DNA of 64,000 nucleotides from Verrucomicrobiota bacterium (GTDB lineage Bacteria > Verrucomicrobiota > Lentisphaeria > Lentisphaerales > Lentisphaeraceae). The stretch is from positions 1 through 64,000 of the forward strand of contig JBDKFG010000006.1 in NCBI GenBank assembly GCA_039798785.1, in the 5' to 3' direction. Positions 19,223 to 28,874 of this stretch are shown here, piece by piece. The notes below the pieces were generated by a model, which searched no databases, was not told the origin of the DNA, and saw only the letters and a list, made by a program, of their open reading frames with translations. The position numbers and the translations under genes are program-made. The first letter of the stretch is position 1. Each line of letters opens with the position of its first letter.

Positions 19223-19597
19223 TTATTTAGGGCGCCCATCTAGTAAAAATAGTCCCTGAATATGCGAGTCTATATTTCGCTGAAAATCACGCTCTTCACA
19301 AATACGCTCGTGGGATCGACGGCTCGTCCAAGATCTGCCTATCGAAAGCCGGAACATGAGATCGCAGGATGACCATGTGATACTGACAGTCCGATGTCCA
19401 TTAAATTTTTCATAACTTGGTGCAGTTGTAACATGAAAATGGGCAAGTGATGTGAACGCGAATAGCTGACTCGCGTACGGCTGGATCTGCAGATGCTGAA
19501 CTGCACGAATCATTGGTTGCCAATTTTCATTTAACTGATACCTCTGAAATTCTTGATAAAAATCGATAAATCCTGGATGTTGTAATTGTGCCCACAT
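19223..19597 (-). CDS. Hypothetical protein in AT-rich segment
   Basis: 124-aa ORF filling an AT-rich region; no recognised motif. Confidence 0.5.
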   Translation of the reverse strand: MWAQLQHPGFIDFYQEFQRYQLNENWQPMIRAVQHLQIQPYASQLFAFTSLAHFHVTTAPSYEKFNGHRTVSITWSSCDLMFRLSIGRSWTSRRSHERICEERDFQRNIDSHIQGLFLLDGRPK

Positions 19598-19625
19598 TCG
19601 AAAGATCCTAATAGGTTTAGAGACA

Positions 19626-20159
19626 TTAGCCTAGATCTGGATTACCTGCAGGCGGCGATCCTGTAGTTTTACAAAGACTGTGCCATGTTTCACGCGAACA
19701 CAACCCGACCGAGGGCTTTGCCTCAAACCATGTTGAGACTCGTGGTAGCGACTGCAGTAAACTGGATTGTCGAGCTGGCGCTCCCAGCCAACAGATCGTC
19801 TTCCATCCGTGAGGAATTTCTTCAAGCGGCTTCGCGAATTGCTGTGTGACGGCAAAAATGCAGACAGCAAAAATTTCGCCTTTCGAGGGTTCACGACACT
19901 CAAACACCACATCAAACCCCTGGGGCACGGGAAGATCCGCAAAGGCATAGCTGGAAAAGAAACACTCTTCCGCTTTTGCTTCTTGCGGAAGGCCGCTCTT
20001 CACCTTCGAAAACACTTCTTCCGTAAGTGCACCTTCAAGTAGGAGCGCTCTTTCATGAATTGGGACTGTAGATTCAGATCGCATTGTTTGCCTAGTGGAT
20101 GGGGTGGACAAGAGATTGCCGGTAAACATCGTTACCGAGCCCGACTTTGACATACCCAC
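19626..20159 (-). CDS. Hypothetical protein in AT-richer segment
   Basis: 177-aa ORF; start uncertain; no recognised motif. Confidence 0.5.
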   Translation of the reverse strand: MGMSKSGSVTMFTGNLLSTPSTRQTMRSESTVPIHERALLLEGALTEEVFSKVKSGLPQEAKAEECFFSSYAFADLPVPQGFDVVFECREPSKGEIFAVCIFAVTQQFAKPLEEIPHGWKTICWLGAPARQSSLLQSLPRVSTWFEAKPSVGLCSRETWHSLCKTTGSPPAGNPDLG

Positions 20160-20263
20160 TCTTTGTCATTTGTTGGCCAATCAAAGTAGTTGTTGGTTTC
20201 AAGCTAGCCGTTCATCTGCGCCTGCAAAGCCCCGCCGCCTCCGCGATTCGCTTGACACCGTAC

Positions 20264-20297
20264 TCGATACCTATCGATATCTATCGATGTCTATCGA
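20264..20297. repeat. Decamer tandem repeat TCGATNYCTA, about 3.4 copies
   Basis: tcgataccta tcgatatcta tcgatgtcta tcga. Confidence 0.8.
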
Positions 20298-20335
20298 GGG
20301 TGGCCCTGCCGCGACTCCGCCTCCTGCACAGAATG

Positions 20336-20416
20336 CTCTCCCTGGGAGCGCCGGCTGCCGGCCGGTTGAGTTCTGCAGGCCGAGCCACAGCGGATGTGGG
20401 CATCCGTGCTCCCAGG
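20336..20416. repeat. Inverted pair of REP-like units (CCTGGGAGCGCCGG... and ...GTGCTCCCAGG)
   Basis: Same GCTCCCAGG family as 1180-1395. Confidence 0.65.
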
Positions 20417-20569
20417 ATTTAAGGCTTCCGGTTTTGCCGCAGCATGTCGCGGTTGCCAGTTTTGAGCATCGCCATGGTGTCGGTCGAGAGAAGACAGCAG
20501 GGATTCTTCCTGATTGTCACTTGCAAGTGGCGGCGGAGCTCGCAAGGTGGCGGGAAACAGGGAGCTGCC

Positions 20570-21361
20570 ATGGCCAAGAAGAGACGTGTCGACGAATTGC
20601 TGGTGGAACGGGCCCTCGCCGAGGATGTCGAGGAAGCCCGCCGCCTGGTGATGGCCGGCAAGGTCCGCACCGGTCCGGACACTCTCGTCGCCCGCGCCTC
20701 CGATCTTCTTCCGGAGGACAGCCCGCTCCAGGTCGAGCTTCCCTGCCCTTACGTCAGCCGTGGGGCCTTCAAGATTCTCGCAGCCCTTGAACGCCTCGCG
20801 CCCGATCTCAGCGGGCGCGTCGCCATCGATCTTGGAGCCTCGACCGGCGGCTTCACCGACTTGCTGCTGCAGAAAGGCGCCCGGCGGGTGTTTGCGGTCG
20901 ACGTTGGCAGCGGCCTGCTGCATTGGAAGCTGCGCGGGGATGCGCGGGTGACGGTGCTTGAGGGGGTCAATGCCCGCCGCCTCGACGCGGCGCAGGTTGA
21001 CGAGCCCTGCCAGGTTTTGACTTGCGATGTCGCCTTTATCTCGGCCACCGCGGTGCTGCCCGCGGCGGCACCCTTCCTGGCTCCTGGGGCTCTCGCCTTC
21101 GTCCTGGTCAAGCCCCAGTTCGAAGTCAGTCGCGACAAGGTCGGTGACGGCGTCATCCGCGATCCGGCGATACGGGAGGAGGCGATTCTCGGGGTCCTCG
21201 GCTTCTGCCATGAACAGCTTGGCTGGGAGCTGGTGGAGCGCAGCCCCTCGCCCTTGAAGGGGCCGAAGGGCAACGTCGAGGAAGTCGCCGTCTTCCGCAT
21301 CGCCGGGAATCCTCCAGCGGCCTCGACTTCGCCGAGCTCGAGTTTGGCAAGTCTCCGATGA
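20570..21361 (+). CDS. tlyA: TlyA-family rRNA methyltransferase
   Basis: S4-like RVDELLVER, YVSRGAFK, DLGASTGGFTD, VDVG, LVKPQFE, SPLKGPKGNVE. Confidence 0.93.
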   Translation: MAKKRRVDELLVERALAEDVEEARRLVMAGKVRTGPDTLVARASDLLPEDSPLQVELPCPYVSRGAFKILAALERLAPDLSGRVAIDLGASTGGFTDLLLQKGARRVFAVDVGSGLLHWKLRGDARVTVLEGVNARRLDAAQVDEPCQVLTCDVAFISATAVLPAAAPFLAPGALAFVLVKPQFEVSRDKVGDGVIRDPAIREEAILGVLGFCHEQLGWELVERSPSPLKGPKGNVEEVAVFRIAGNPPAASTSPSSSLASLR

Positions 21362-21398
21362 CAGTGCAGATTGTGAGGGAGCACCGAGGAGACCGCAG

Positions 21399-21989
21399 AT
21401 GGCCACATCCCCCCACACCCGTCTCACCCTGCTGCAGCGCATCCGCAGCGGCGATGAAGGCGGCTGGCTGGAGTTCTACGAGCTCTATCGTCCCTTGATT
21501 CTCTGGCTGGCCCGCCGTCGAGGCCTGCGTGACCAGGAGAGCTGCCAGATGCTGGTGCAGGCGGTGATGCGTCATTTCGCCAGTGCCGAATGGTCGCACG
21601 ATCCGGAGAAAGGGCAGTTCCGCTCTCTTCTTCTCCGCATCACCTCCTTCAAGATCCACGAGGTTCTGCGCGAGCTGCAGCCGCTGCAGTCGCGGCAGTT
21701 GACCGGCAGGGATGCGGCGGAGGCGATCCCGGCCGGCAAGCCGATGGAGCAGATCGAGGCGCCGCCGGCAGACACCGACGAACACCAGGAGAGTCTCGAT
21801 CGAGGCTTGGAGATCCTGATGGCGGATGAAGACGTCGACCCACGCCACCTCCAGGTGCTCCTCCTCTCCCTCGAGGGCCTTAGCCTGATCCAGATCACCG
21901 AACGCACCAAGCTCGGCCTTTCCAACGTCAAGATCATCCGCCACCGCCTGCTGGCCCGCCTGAAGCAGATCGTTGGCGAGTGCCTGTGA
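21399..21989 (+). CDS. ECF sigma factor, kinase-associated PVC type
   Basis: TRLTLLQRIR..GWLEFYELYRPLI, KGQFRSLL, C-terminal HTH. Confidence 0.85.
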   Translation: MATSPHTRLTLLQRIRSGDEGGWLEFYELYRPLILWLARRRGLRDQESCQMLVQAVMRHFASAEWSHDPEKGQFRSLLLRITSFKIHEVLRELQPLQSRQLTGRDAAEAIPAGKPMEQIEAPPADTDEHQESLDRGLEILMADEDVDPRHLQVLLLSLEGLSLIQITERTKLGLSNVKIIRHRLLARLKQIVGECL

Positions 21990-23545
21990 GCGAAGCCGGG
22001 CCCTGTCTCGATCTCGAGCGTCTGCTGGCGCTCTCCTGCGGCGCCGCGCTGCAGCTCCCTGAGCTCCAACATCTCCAGCGCTGTCCGGAATGCGCGGCGC
22101 AATTGCAGGAGCTGCGCGACGACGAGGCCCAGCTGGCGTCGATGCGTCGCCCCGCCGCGACGCAAGGGGATTTCGGGGAATACCGGATACTCAAGGTCCT
22201 GGGGGAGGGTGGGATGTCGCGGGTCTACTCCTGTTGCGATTCCAGCGGCCAGCCGGTCGCGGTCAAGGTCTGCCGCGAGCCGCGTCTGCAAGCCTATTTC
22301 GAAGCCGAGGCCAGGCTGCTCTCCCGCTGTCTTGAGGAGCAGATTCCGGGCATTCTTCCTCTTCTCGGCAGCGATCTTTCCGGCCTTCCCGCCTACCTGG
22401 TCCTGCCGATCTGCGCCGGTGGCACACTGGCTGAGAAGCTGGCCAAGGAGCGGCGTTTCGCGCCGCGCCAGGTCTGGCAGCTGGCCAAGCGCCTCGGCGC
22501 CGCCCTCGCCGGCCTTCAGCGTGTCGGCATCGTCCACGGCGACCTGAAGCCGGAGAACATCCTGCTCGACGCCCGCGGCGAAGCGTGGATCGCCGACCTC
22601 GGCACCGCCCGGCAGGTCCGCCGTCAGGAGGAAGAGGCGGAAGCCCTCCGCACCGGAACCCGACCCGAGGCGATCACCGCCGCCTACATGTCTCCGGAAC
22701 AGGCGCGCGGCGGCTCTGCCAGCTCCGCCTCCGACGTCTTCTGCCTCGGGCTCATCCTCTACGAGGCGGCCAGCGGCCGTCACCCCTGCGGCGAAGGCAC
22801 CAACTGGGAAATCGTCTCGAGGATGCTCGCCAGCCCCATCCCCGAGCTCGCCAAGGTCGCCCCTCAAATGCCTCAAGGCCTGGCGGAATTCATCATGTCC
22901 TGCCTGGAGAAGGATCCTCGCCGGCGTCCGCCCGCCGCCACTCTCGCCCGCCTGTCGCCGAAACTTCTGGCGCCTCCGGGCCTGTGGCGCCGCAGCCGTC
23001 TCTTGCGACTCTCCGTGTACGCACTCTTGTCGGTACAGGCGCTGGTTCTTCTCGGAATCATCATCTCCCAAGGACTGCGAGAGGACGCCGCGCCGGCCGC
23101 GGCTCCTCCCGCCGCTGCGCCGGGACGAAGCCCCAAGACCAGCGAGCCCAAGCCTCCCAAACGGAGCAAGGAAGTCTACGTCACCGCGCTGAACCGCAAG
23201 GACCTGTCGATGATGGCGGCCTCCCTGGGGCTGGCTGAAAAGGATCTTCAAGGTGTGACGATCAAGAAGAACGCCTACCAGCATTATCTCGCCTTCCGCA
23301 ATCAGGATCACATCCGCATCCTGGTCTGGGACAACAAGGAGTGGCAGAAGATCGCCGATTTCCGCTGCACCGACACTCTCTACGTCGAACTCCAGCCGAA
23401 GGCTCCGTTCGCCGAATTCCTGGTCTTCCGGGAAGGCGCTTACTGGCGTTTCAAGAGAGAGAAGAAAGGGCTCGACATCAACCGCCTCAGCCGCTGCAAG
23501 GCTCCGCCCGACGATATGGAGCTGCTCTTCCCCCCGAGAACTTGA
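21986..23545 (+). CDS. Membrane Ser/Thr protein kinase with N-terminal HxxxCxxC motif
   Basis: LGEGGMSRVY, VAVKV, HGDLKPEN, ADLG, YMSPEQ, SDVFCLG; TM helix; GTGA overlap with the sigma gene. Confidence 0.9.
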   Translation: MSEAGPCLDLERLLALSCGAALQLPELQHLQRCPECAAQLQELRDDEAQLASMRRPAATQGDFGEYRILKVLGEGGMSRVYSCCDSSGQPVAVKVCREPRLQAYFEAEARLLSRCLEEQIPGILPLLGSDLSGLPAYLVLPICAGGTLAEKLAKERRFAPRQVWQLAKRLGAALAGLQRVGIVHGDLKPENILLDARGEAWIADLGTARQVRRQEEEAEALRTGTRPEAITAAYMSPEQARGGSASSASDVFCLGLILYEAASGRHPCGEGTNWEIVSRMLASPIPELAKVAPQMPQGLAEFIMSCLEKDPRRRPPAATLARLSPKLLAPPGLWRRSRLLRLSVYALLSVQALVLLGIIISQGLREDAAPAAAPPAAAPGRSPKTSEPKPPKRSKEVYVTALNRKDLSMMAASLGLAEKDLQGVTIKKNAYQHYLAFRNQDHIRILVWDNKEWQKIADFRCTDTLYVELQPKAPFAEFLVFREGAYWRFKREKKGLDINRLSRCKAPPDDMELLFPPRT

Positions 23546-23693
23546 GGGGCTTTGCCCTGGCTGCCTGTCAAGCGGCCTGATCCCGCTTTCGAGCCGCCCG
23601 GAATTTTTCGCAATTTCTTATCGCCGCTGAACCCGCAGGGAACCCGATGCATCCACTCCGGTCATTAACGGCCATGAACAATGGAGACTGCCC

Positions 23694-26594
23694 ATGATCA
23701 CACTTCCGCTCTGGCTCATTTTCGCGGCGAATCCGCCGCCTCCTCATCCCGCCGAAGCGCCGCTGCCCGAAAAGATCGAATTCAACAAGCACATCAGGCC
23801 GATCTTTTCGGACACCTGCTTCCACTGCCACGGCCCCGATGCCCATGAGGCCAAGGGAAAGCTGCAGCTCCACGATTTCCTCCACGCCACCAAACCGCTC
23901 GATAGCGACGCCAGCCTGCGCGCCATCGTTCCCGGCAAGCCGGAGGACTCGGAGGCACTGAAAAGGATCTTCTCGGACGATCCCGACGAGCTGATGCCGC
24001 CTCCTGACTCTCACAAGGTCCTGAGCGAGCGTCAAAAGGAGCTGGTCAAAAAGTGGATTTCGCAAGGCGCCACTTACCAAGACCATTGGTCCTACCAGAA
24101 AGTCGTCCGTCCCGCCGCGCTCCCTGCGCAGACCGCCAAGGCCGCTGACCTCTTGATCGCCAAAGGCCTCAAGGAGGCCGGCATCGCCGCCAGCCCCGCC
24201 GCCAGCCGCGAGCAGCTCATCCGCCGCCTCGCCTTCGACCTCACCGGCCTGCCGCCGAAAGCGGCCCTGCTGAAGAAATACCTCGCCGACCAAGCCCCCG
24301 ACGCCCTCGATCGCTGCGCCGACGAGCTCATCGCCGCGCCGGCCTTCGGCGAACGCCTCGCGGTGCATTGGATGGACGTGGTCCGCGCCGCCGGCACCGC
24401 CGGCTTCCACGGCGACCAGGATCAGCCCCTCTCGCCCTACCGCGACTACATCATCCGCGCCTTCAACCAGGACAAGCCCTTCGACCAGTTCACCCGCGAA
24501 CAGCTGGCCGGCGACCTGCTCAAGGACGGCGACGAAGACGCCCGCATCGCCTCCTGCTACAACCGCCTCAACGCCCAGACCAAGGAAGGCGGCGCCCAAC
24601 CCGGCGAATACCTCGCCAAATACCAGGCCGACCGCGTCCGCAACACCGCCCAGGCCTGGCTCGGCTCCACCCTCGGCTGCGCCGAATGTCACAACCACAA
24701 GTACGACCCCTTCACCCAGAAGGACTTCTACGCCTTCGGCGCCTTCTTCGCCGACCTCGAGGACGTCGGCGTCTACAATGTCGACATCTTCGGCAAGAAC
24801 TCCGGCAACAACGACTCCTTCCAGCCTGAATTGATCGCCGGTCTGCCCAAGGCCGAGGCTCAGGTTCAGGAGAAGCTCTGGGCCGTACGCAAGAACCAAT
24901 TGGCCGCCACCCGCGCCGCGGTGAAAAAGGCCGGTACGCCCTGCCCGATCGAGACCATCAAGGCCGACGAAGGCTCGGTCTTCGCCGTCCAGCCCGATGG
25001 CTCGGTCCTCGCCGGGAAAACCGCCGCCGGCACCGAGAACCTGCACTTCTCGGCCAGCCTGCCCGCCGGCACCCGCTACCTCCGCCTGCGCTTCAAGCCC
25101 CTGCCCGGCGGCAAAGGCCATTCCTTCGCCCCGGACGGCAACTTCTACATCCACCGCTTCGCCGTCAAAAACGCCGAAGGGAAGCCCCAGGCGGTCGCCG
25201 CTTACGCCGCCGATGCCTGGAACCCCAGCTTCCACCCCAATCACTTGCAATCCGCCGGCCAGGCTCACCACTCCTACGGATGGAGCCCAGGCCCCGAAAT
25301 GCCCGGCGAAGATCACGTCCTCCTCGTCGAGCTGAAGAAGGAGCTCGGCGGCAAGGTGGAATTCCTGCTGGAATGCAACTCCTCCCTGTCGCAGCAGATC
25401 CCGGTTCATTTCAGCCTCGAGTGCTCACCAGCCGACGAAACCTACAAAAACGCCCGGGCCGAGCTCGACAAGACCGAATCCGAACTCAGCGGCTTCCGCA
25501 AAAAGGGCGGCGTCCCGGTGATGAATTCCCGCAGCGTCGAGCCCCGCCAGGTGCGCCTGCTCAACCGCGGCAACTGGATGGACCTCAGCGGCGAAGTGAT
25601 GCAGGCCGCCCCGCCCGCCTGCGTCCCCCCCGCTCTCCCCGCCGCGAAAAAACTCAACCGCCTCGACCTCGCCGAGTGGATGCTCAGCTCCGAAAATCCG
25701 CTCACCGCCCGCGTCTTCGTCAACCGCATCTGGGCCCTCTACATGGGCGCACCTTTGAGTGCCAAGGCCGGCGACTTCGGCTCGCAAGGCGAATTCCCCT
25801 CCAACCCCGAGCTGCTCGATCTGCTCGCCGCCGACTTCATGAAGGACTGGTCGGTGAAGAATCTCGTCCGCGCCATCGTCCGCACCGAGGCCTACCGCCG
25901 CTCCTGCGCCGCCACCCCGGAGCAGCTCGCCGCCGACCCCAAGAACCGCCTCTATGGACGCCAAAGCCCGCGCCGCCTCGAGTCGGAGTTCATCCGCGAT
26001 CACGCGCTGGCCCTCTCCGGCCTCCTCGTCGATGTCAGCGGCGGCCGCGCCAGCTACCCCTACCAGCCCGCCGGCTTCTACGCCTCGCTCAACTTCCCCA
26101 CCCGCGAATATCCGGTCAGCCAGGACGACCAGCAATGGCGCCGCGGCGTCTACATGCATTGGCAACGCACCTTCCTCCACCCCTTCCTGCAGAACTTCGA
26201 CGCCCCCAACCGCCAGGACTGCACGCCCCTGCGCGCCCGCTCGAACACCCCGCTGCAGGCCCTCTCCCTCCTCAACGACCCGCAGTTCGTCGAGGCCGCC
26301 AGCTTCTTCGCCCAGCGCATCGAACGCGAAGCCCATGGCGACGATGAAACGCGCATCCGCTGGGCGGTGAAGCTCGCCCTCGGTCGCGAGGCCGCGCCCG
26401 ACGAAGTCGCCGCGCTCCTCAAGGTCCGCCAGCTCGATCTGGCGTCCTACGCCAAGGATCCCGCGGCCGCCGCAAAACTCCTCGGCGCCGGCATCGCCCG
26501 TCGCCCCTGGGACGCCGATGCCGCCAGCGTCGCCTCCTGGACCGGCGTCGCCCGCGCCCTGATCAACTCCAGCGAGTTCATCACCGTCTATTGA
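23694..26594 (+). CDS. Planctomycete cytochrome c / PSD1 (DUF1549-DUF1553) protein
   Basis: IRPIFSDTCFHCHG, LIRRLAFDLTGLPP, CAECHNHKYDP, NPLTARVFVNRIW, SNTPLQALSLLN. Confidence 0.93.
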   Translation: MITLPLWLIFAANPPPPHPAEAPLPEKIEFNKHIRPIFSDTCFHCHGPDAHEAKGKLQLHDFLHATKPLDSDASLRAIVPGKPEDSEALKRIFSDDPDELMPPPDSHKVLSERQKELVKKWISQGATYQDHWSYQKVVRPAALPAQTAKAADLLIAKGLKEAGIAASPAASREQLIRRLAFDLTGLPPKAALLKKYLADQAPDALDRCADELIAAPAFGERLAVHWMDVVRAAGTAGFHGDQDQPLSPYRDYIIRAFNQDKPFDQFTREQLAGDLLKDGDEDARIASCYNRLNAQTKEGGAQPGEYLAKYQADRVRNTAQAWLGSTLGCAECHNHKYDPFTQKDFYAFGAFFADLEDVGVYNVDIFGKNSGNNDSFQPELIAGLPKAEAQVQEKLWAVRKNQLAATRAAVKKAGTPCPIETIKADEGSVFAVQPDGSVLAGKTAAGTENLHFSASLPAGTRYLRLRFKPLPGGKGHSFAPDGNFYIHRFAVKNAEGKPQAVAAYAADAWNPSFHPNHLQSAGQAHHSYGWSPGPEMPGEDHVLLVELKKELGGKVEFLLECNSSLSQQIPVHFSLECSPADETYKNARAELDKTESELSGFRKKGGVPVMNSRSVEPRQVRLLNRGNWMDLSGEVMQAAPPACVPPALPAAKKLNRLDLAEWMLSSENPLTARVFVNRIWALYMGAPLSAKAGDFGSQGEFPSNPELLDLLAADFMKDWSVKNLVRAIVRTEAYRRSCAATPEQLAADPKNRLYGRQSPRRLESEFIRDHALALSGLLVDVSGGRASYPYQPAGFYASLNFPTREYPVSQDDQQWRRGVYMHWQRTFLHPFLQNFDAPNRQDCTPLRARSNTPLQALSLLNDPQFVEAASFFAQRIEREAHGDDETRIRWAVKLALGREAAPDEVAALLKVRQLDLASYAKDPAAAAKLLGAGIARRPWDADAASVASWTGVARALINSSEFITVY

Positions 26595-26761
26595 ATTCAA
26601 AATTCAAAAATCAAAATTCCAGATGAGCACAGGAGCAAAATTAAAGACTCAAAATTGAAGATGAAAACAGATCTTCTTCCGTTTGAATCTTGAATTCGCC
26701 CTCCGCCCTCCGCCCTCATTCTTGAATCTTGAATCTTGAATCTTGAATCTTGAATCTTGAA
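26592..26761. repeat. Intergenic heptamer arrays: degenerate TTCAAAA on the left, (TCTTGAA)x6 at 26720-26761 on the right
   Basis: Seen directly; the left units approximate the reverse complement of the right units; CGCCCTC repeats lie between them. Confidence 0.9.
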
Positions 26762-26778
26762 TCTCCGAAGGAGCCCCC

Positions 26779-28170
26779 ATGAACCGCCGTCACTTCCTTT
26801 CCGCCTCCGCCCTCGCCGCTTGCGGCACCCTCTTCACCGGCAGCGCCTTTGCCGCTGACGTCGGGCGTGGCCGGCGGCCCGGCTTTCTGAAGCAGCCGCA
26901 CCACGCCGCCAAGGCCAAGCGGGTGATCTACCTGTACATGTCCGGCGGCCCCTCGCAGTTCGAGAGTTTCGACTACAAGCCGATGCTGGAGAAGATGGAT
27001 GGCAAGCCGATGCCCGCCTCGGTGACCGCCGGGCAGCAATTGGCCCAGATCCAGGGGCAGAAGCTCAACTGCTTCGGACCCCGTTTCAAGTTCGCCAAGC
27101 ACGGCCAGTCCGGCATCGAGATCTCCGACAAATTTCCCGAGCTCGCCAAGGTCGCCGACGAGCTTGCCGTGGTGCGTTCGCTCTTCACCGACCAGATCAA
27201 CCACGACCCCGCCAACACCCTCCTGAACACCGGCTCAATCCTGCCCGACCGTCCCTCGATGGGCTCGTGGATCGACTACGCCCTCGGCGCCGAGTGCGAC
27301 GATCTTCCCGGCTTCGTCGTGATGGAATCGGTGAAAGGCGGCCAGGGCCAGCCGCTCGCCGGCCGCTACTGGGCCAGCGGCGCCCTGCCCGGCGTCCACC
27401 AGGGCGTCAAACTTAATAGCAATGGTCCGCTGGTGCATTTCTCCGGCAATCCCGCCGGCGTCGCCAAGGAGCAGCAGCTCGCCGTAGCCGCGGCATCCGG
27501 CGTCCTCAACCGCCACGCCGCGGCCGAGTGGGCCGACCTCGAAGCGGTGACCCGATCGCAGCAGCTCGAGATGGCCCTGCGCATGCAGGAGTCGATTCCC
27601 AAGCTGGTCGATTTCAGCAAGGAACCGCAGTCCACCCTCGACCTCTACGGATGCAAACCCGGCGACGGCAGTTTCGCCTCCAACTGCCTGATGGCCCGCC
27701 GCCTGGTCGAGAAGGGATGCCGCTTCATCCAGCTCTATCACCGCGACTGGGACCACCATGGCAACATCTCCGGCCAGTTCCCGGTGCTTGCCGGCGCCGT
27801 CGACCGCGGCATCTACGCCCTGATCACCGACCTGAAGCAGCGCGGCCTTTTGGAGGACACCCTGATCGTCTGGAGCGGCGAGTTCGGCCGCACCCCGATG
27901 TCGCAGGGCGGCGATGGCCGCGACCACCACATGAAATGCTTCAGCGGCTTCATGGCCGGCGGCGGCGTCAAGGGCGGCACCACCCACGGCTCCAGCGATG
28001 AATTCGGCTTTGCGCCGGCGGAGAATCCCCATCACATCCGCGACTGGCACGCCACCATCCTGCATCAGCTCGGACTCGATGAATCCCGTCTGACCGTCAA
28101 GCTCGACGGCCTCGACTGGAAGCTCACCGGCGTGGAGAAGGCGCGGGTGATCAAGGCGATCCTGAGTTGA
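26779..28170 (+). CDS. DUF1501 family protein with Tat signal
   Basis: MNRRHFL, AKAKRVIYLYMSGGPSQFESFDYKP, PSMGSW, ARRLVE, GEFGRTP, GRDHH. Confidence 0.93.
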   Translation: MNRRHFLSASALAACGTLFTGSAFAADVGRGRRPGFLKQPHHAAKAKRVIYLYMSGGPSQFESFDYKPMLEKMDGKPMPASVTAGQQLAQIQGQKLNCFGPRFKFAKHGQSGIEISDKFPELAKVADELAVVRSLFTDQINHDPANTLLNTGSILPDRPSMGSWIDYALGAECDDLPGFVVMESVKGGQGQPLAGRYWASGALPGVHQGVKLNSNGPLVHFSGNPAGVAKEQQLAVAAASGVLNRHAAAEWADLEAVTRSQQLEMALRMQESIPKLVDFSKEPQSTLDLYGCKPGDGSFASNCLMARRLVEKGCRFIQLYHRDWDHHGNISGQFPVLAGAVDRGIYALITDLKQRGLLEDTLIVWSGEFGRTPMSQGGDGRDHHMKCFSGFMAGGGVKGGTTHGSSDEFGFAPAENPHHIRDWHATILHQLGLDESRLTVKLDGLDWKLTGVEKARVIKAILS

Positions 28171-28380
28171 TGAGATGAGCGGCAAAGCTCCACGACTCCT
28201 TGGGCGGCAACCTGGCAAATCGGGATCTATCCGGATTGCCGCTCTTCGTGGCTATCAACTGGTTCGGATGGTCATCCTGCCTTAGGCGTCTTGATGCTTA
28301 CTGCCTTGCGTTGCAACCTTCAACTATCGACCTGAGTTTTCCAGCTTGAATTGTCTCCTGAAAACCGCTGTTGAGCAACA

Positions 28381-28544
28381 GAGCCGGGTTGAAAGGTTGA
28401 AAGGTTGAAACGCAAGGCATTGAACAACATGAGTTAGCGACTATTTGACGCGGACAGGAGAGCTTTCCTATCAGAGGTCATTCCGACGGATCACCGAATA
28501 AGCTAAGCTATTGCTGTTGCAGCTAATCCTTCCAACCTTTCAAC
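28381..28544. repeat. Dispersed ~150-165 bp element, copy 1
   Basis: GAGCCG(GGTTGAAA)x3CGCAAG ... GCAGCTAATCCTTCCAACCTTTCAAC; a second copy is at 55511-55652. Confidence 0.75.
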
Positions 28545-28627
28545 TCATTTATCCTCGATTCCGAAGTTGAAGCTGTGAGTCAGCCTTCAGTCTTGGATGT
28601 TAAATCTTTGATTTTGTTCGCGTTCTG

Positions 28628-28693
28628 TTGAATCTTGAATTTTGAATCTTGAATCGGATTCCCGAGCTGAGCCCAAGCTCAGCTTCGGAATCC
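28628..28693. repeat. (TTGAATY)x4 array followed by a 17-bp-stem imperfect hairpin
   Basis: ttgaatc ttgaatt ttgaatc ttgaatc, then GGATTCCCGAGCTGAGC-ccaa-GCTCAGCTTCGGAATCC. Confidence 0.75.
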
Positions 28694-28874
28694 AAGTTTA
28701 TCCATCCTGTTCGTGCGACTGCCGTTGATTCGATTCATTCGATTCCTTGCCGCGACCGCAGTTTCCTGGATCATCTTTTGTTATCTCACATCACATATTG
28801 TTGGTTCTGCAATTTCTCCCCGAGGCTAGGCTTGTCTTGGAACGCTCGCACATCCCAACCCCAGAGGAGAGATC

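Noticed and set aside
19144..20230. Integron cassette array
   Set aside because: The inter-ORF gap is only 28 nt, no convincing RYYYAAC...GTTRRRY attC pairs were seen, and there is no integrase.
28171..28874. Possible cobalamin riboswitch or sigma-54 promoter upstream of the eut operon
   Set aside because: I could not find a B12-box/GCCACTG or a TGGCAC-N5-TTGC match by eye; a covariance-model search would be needed to exclude it.
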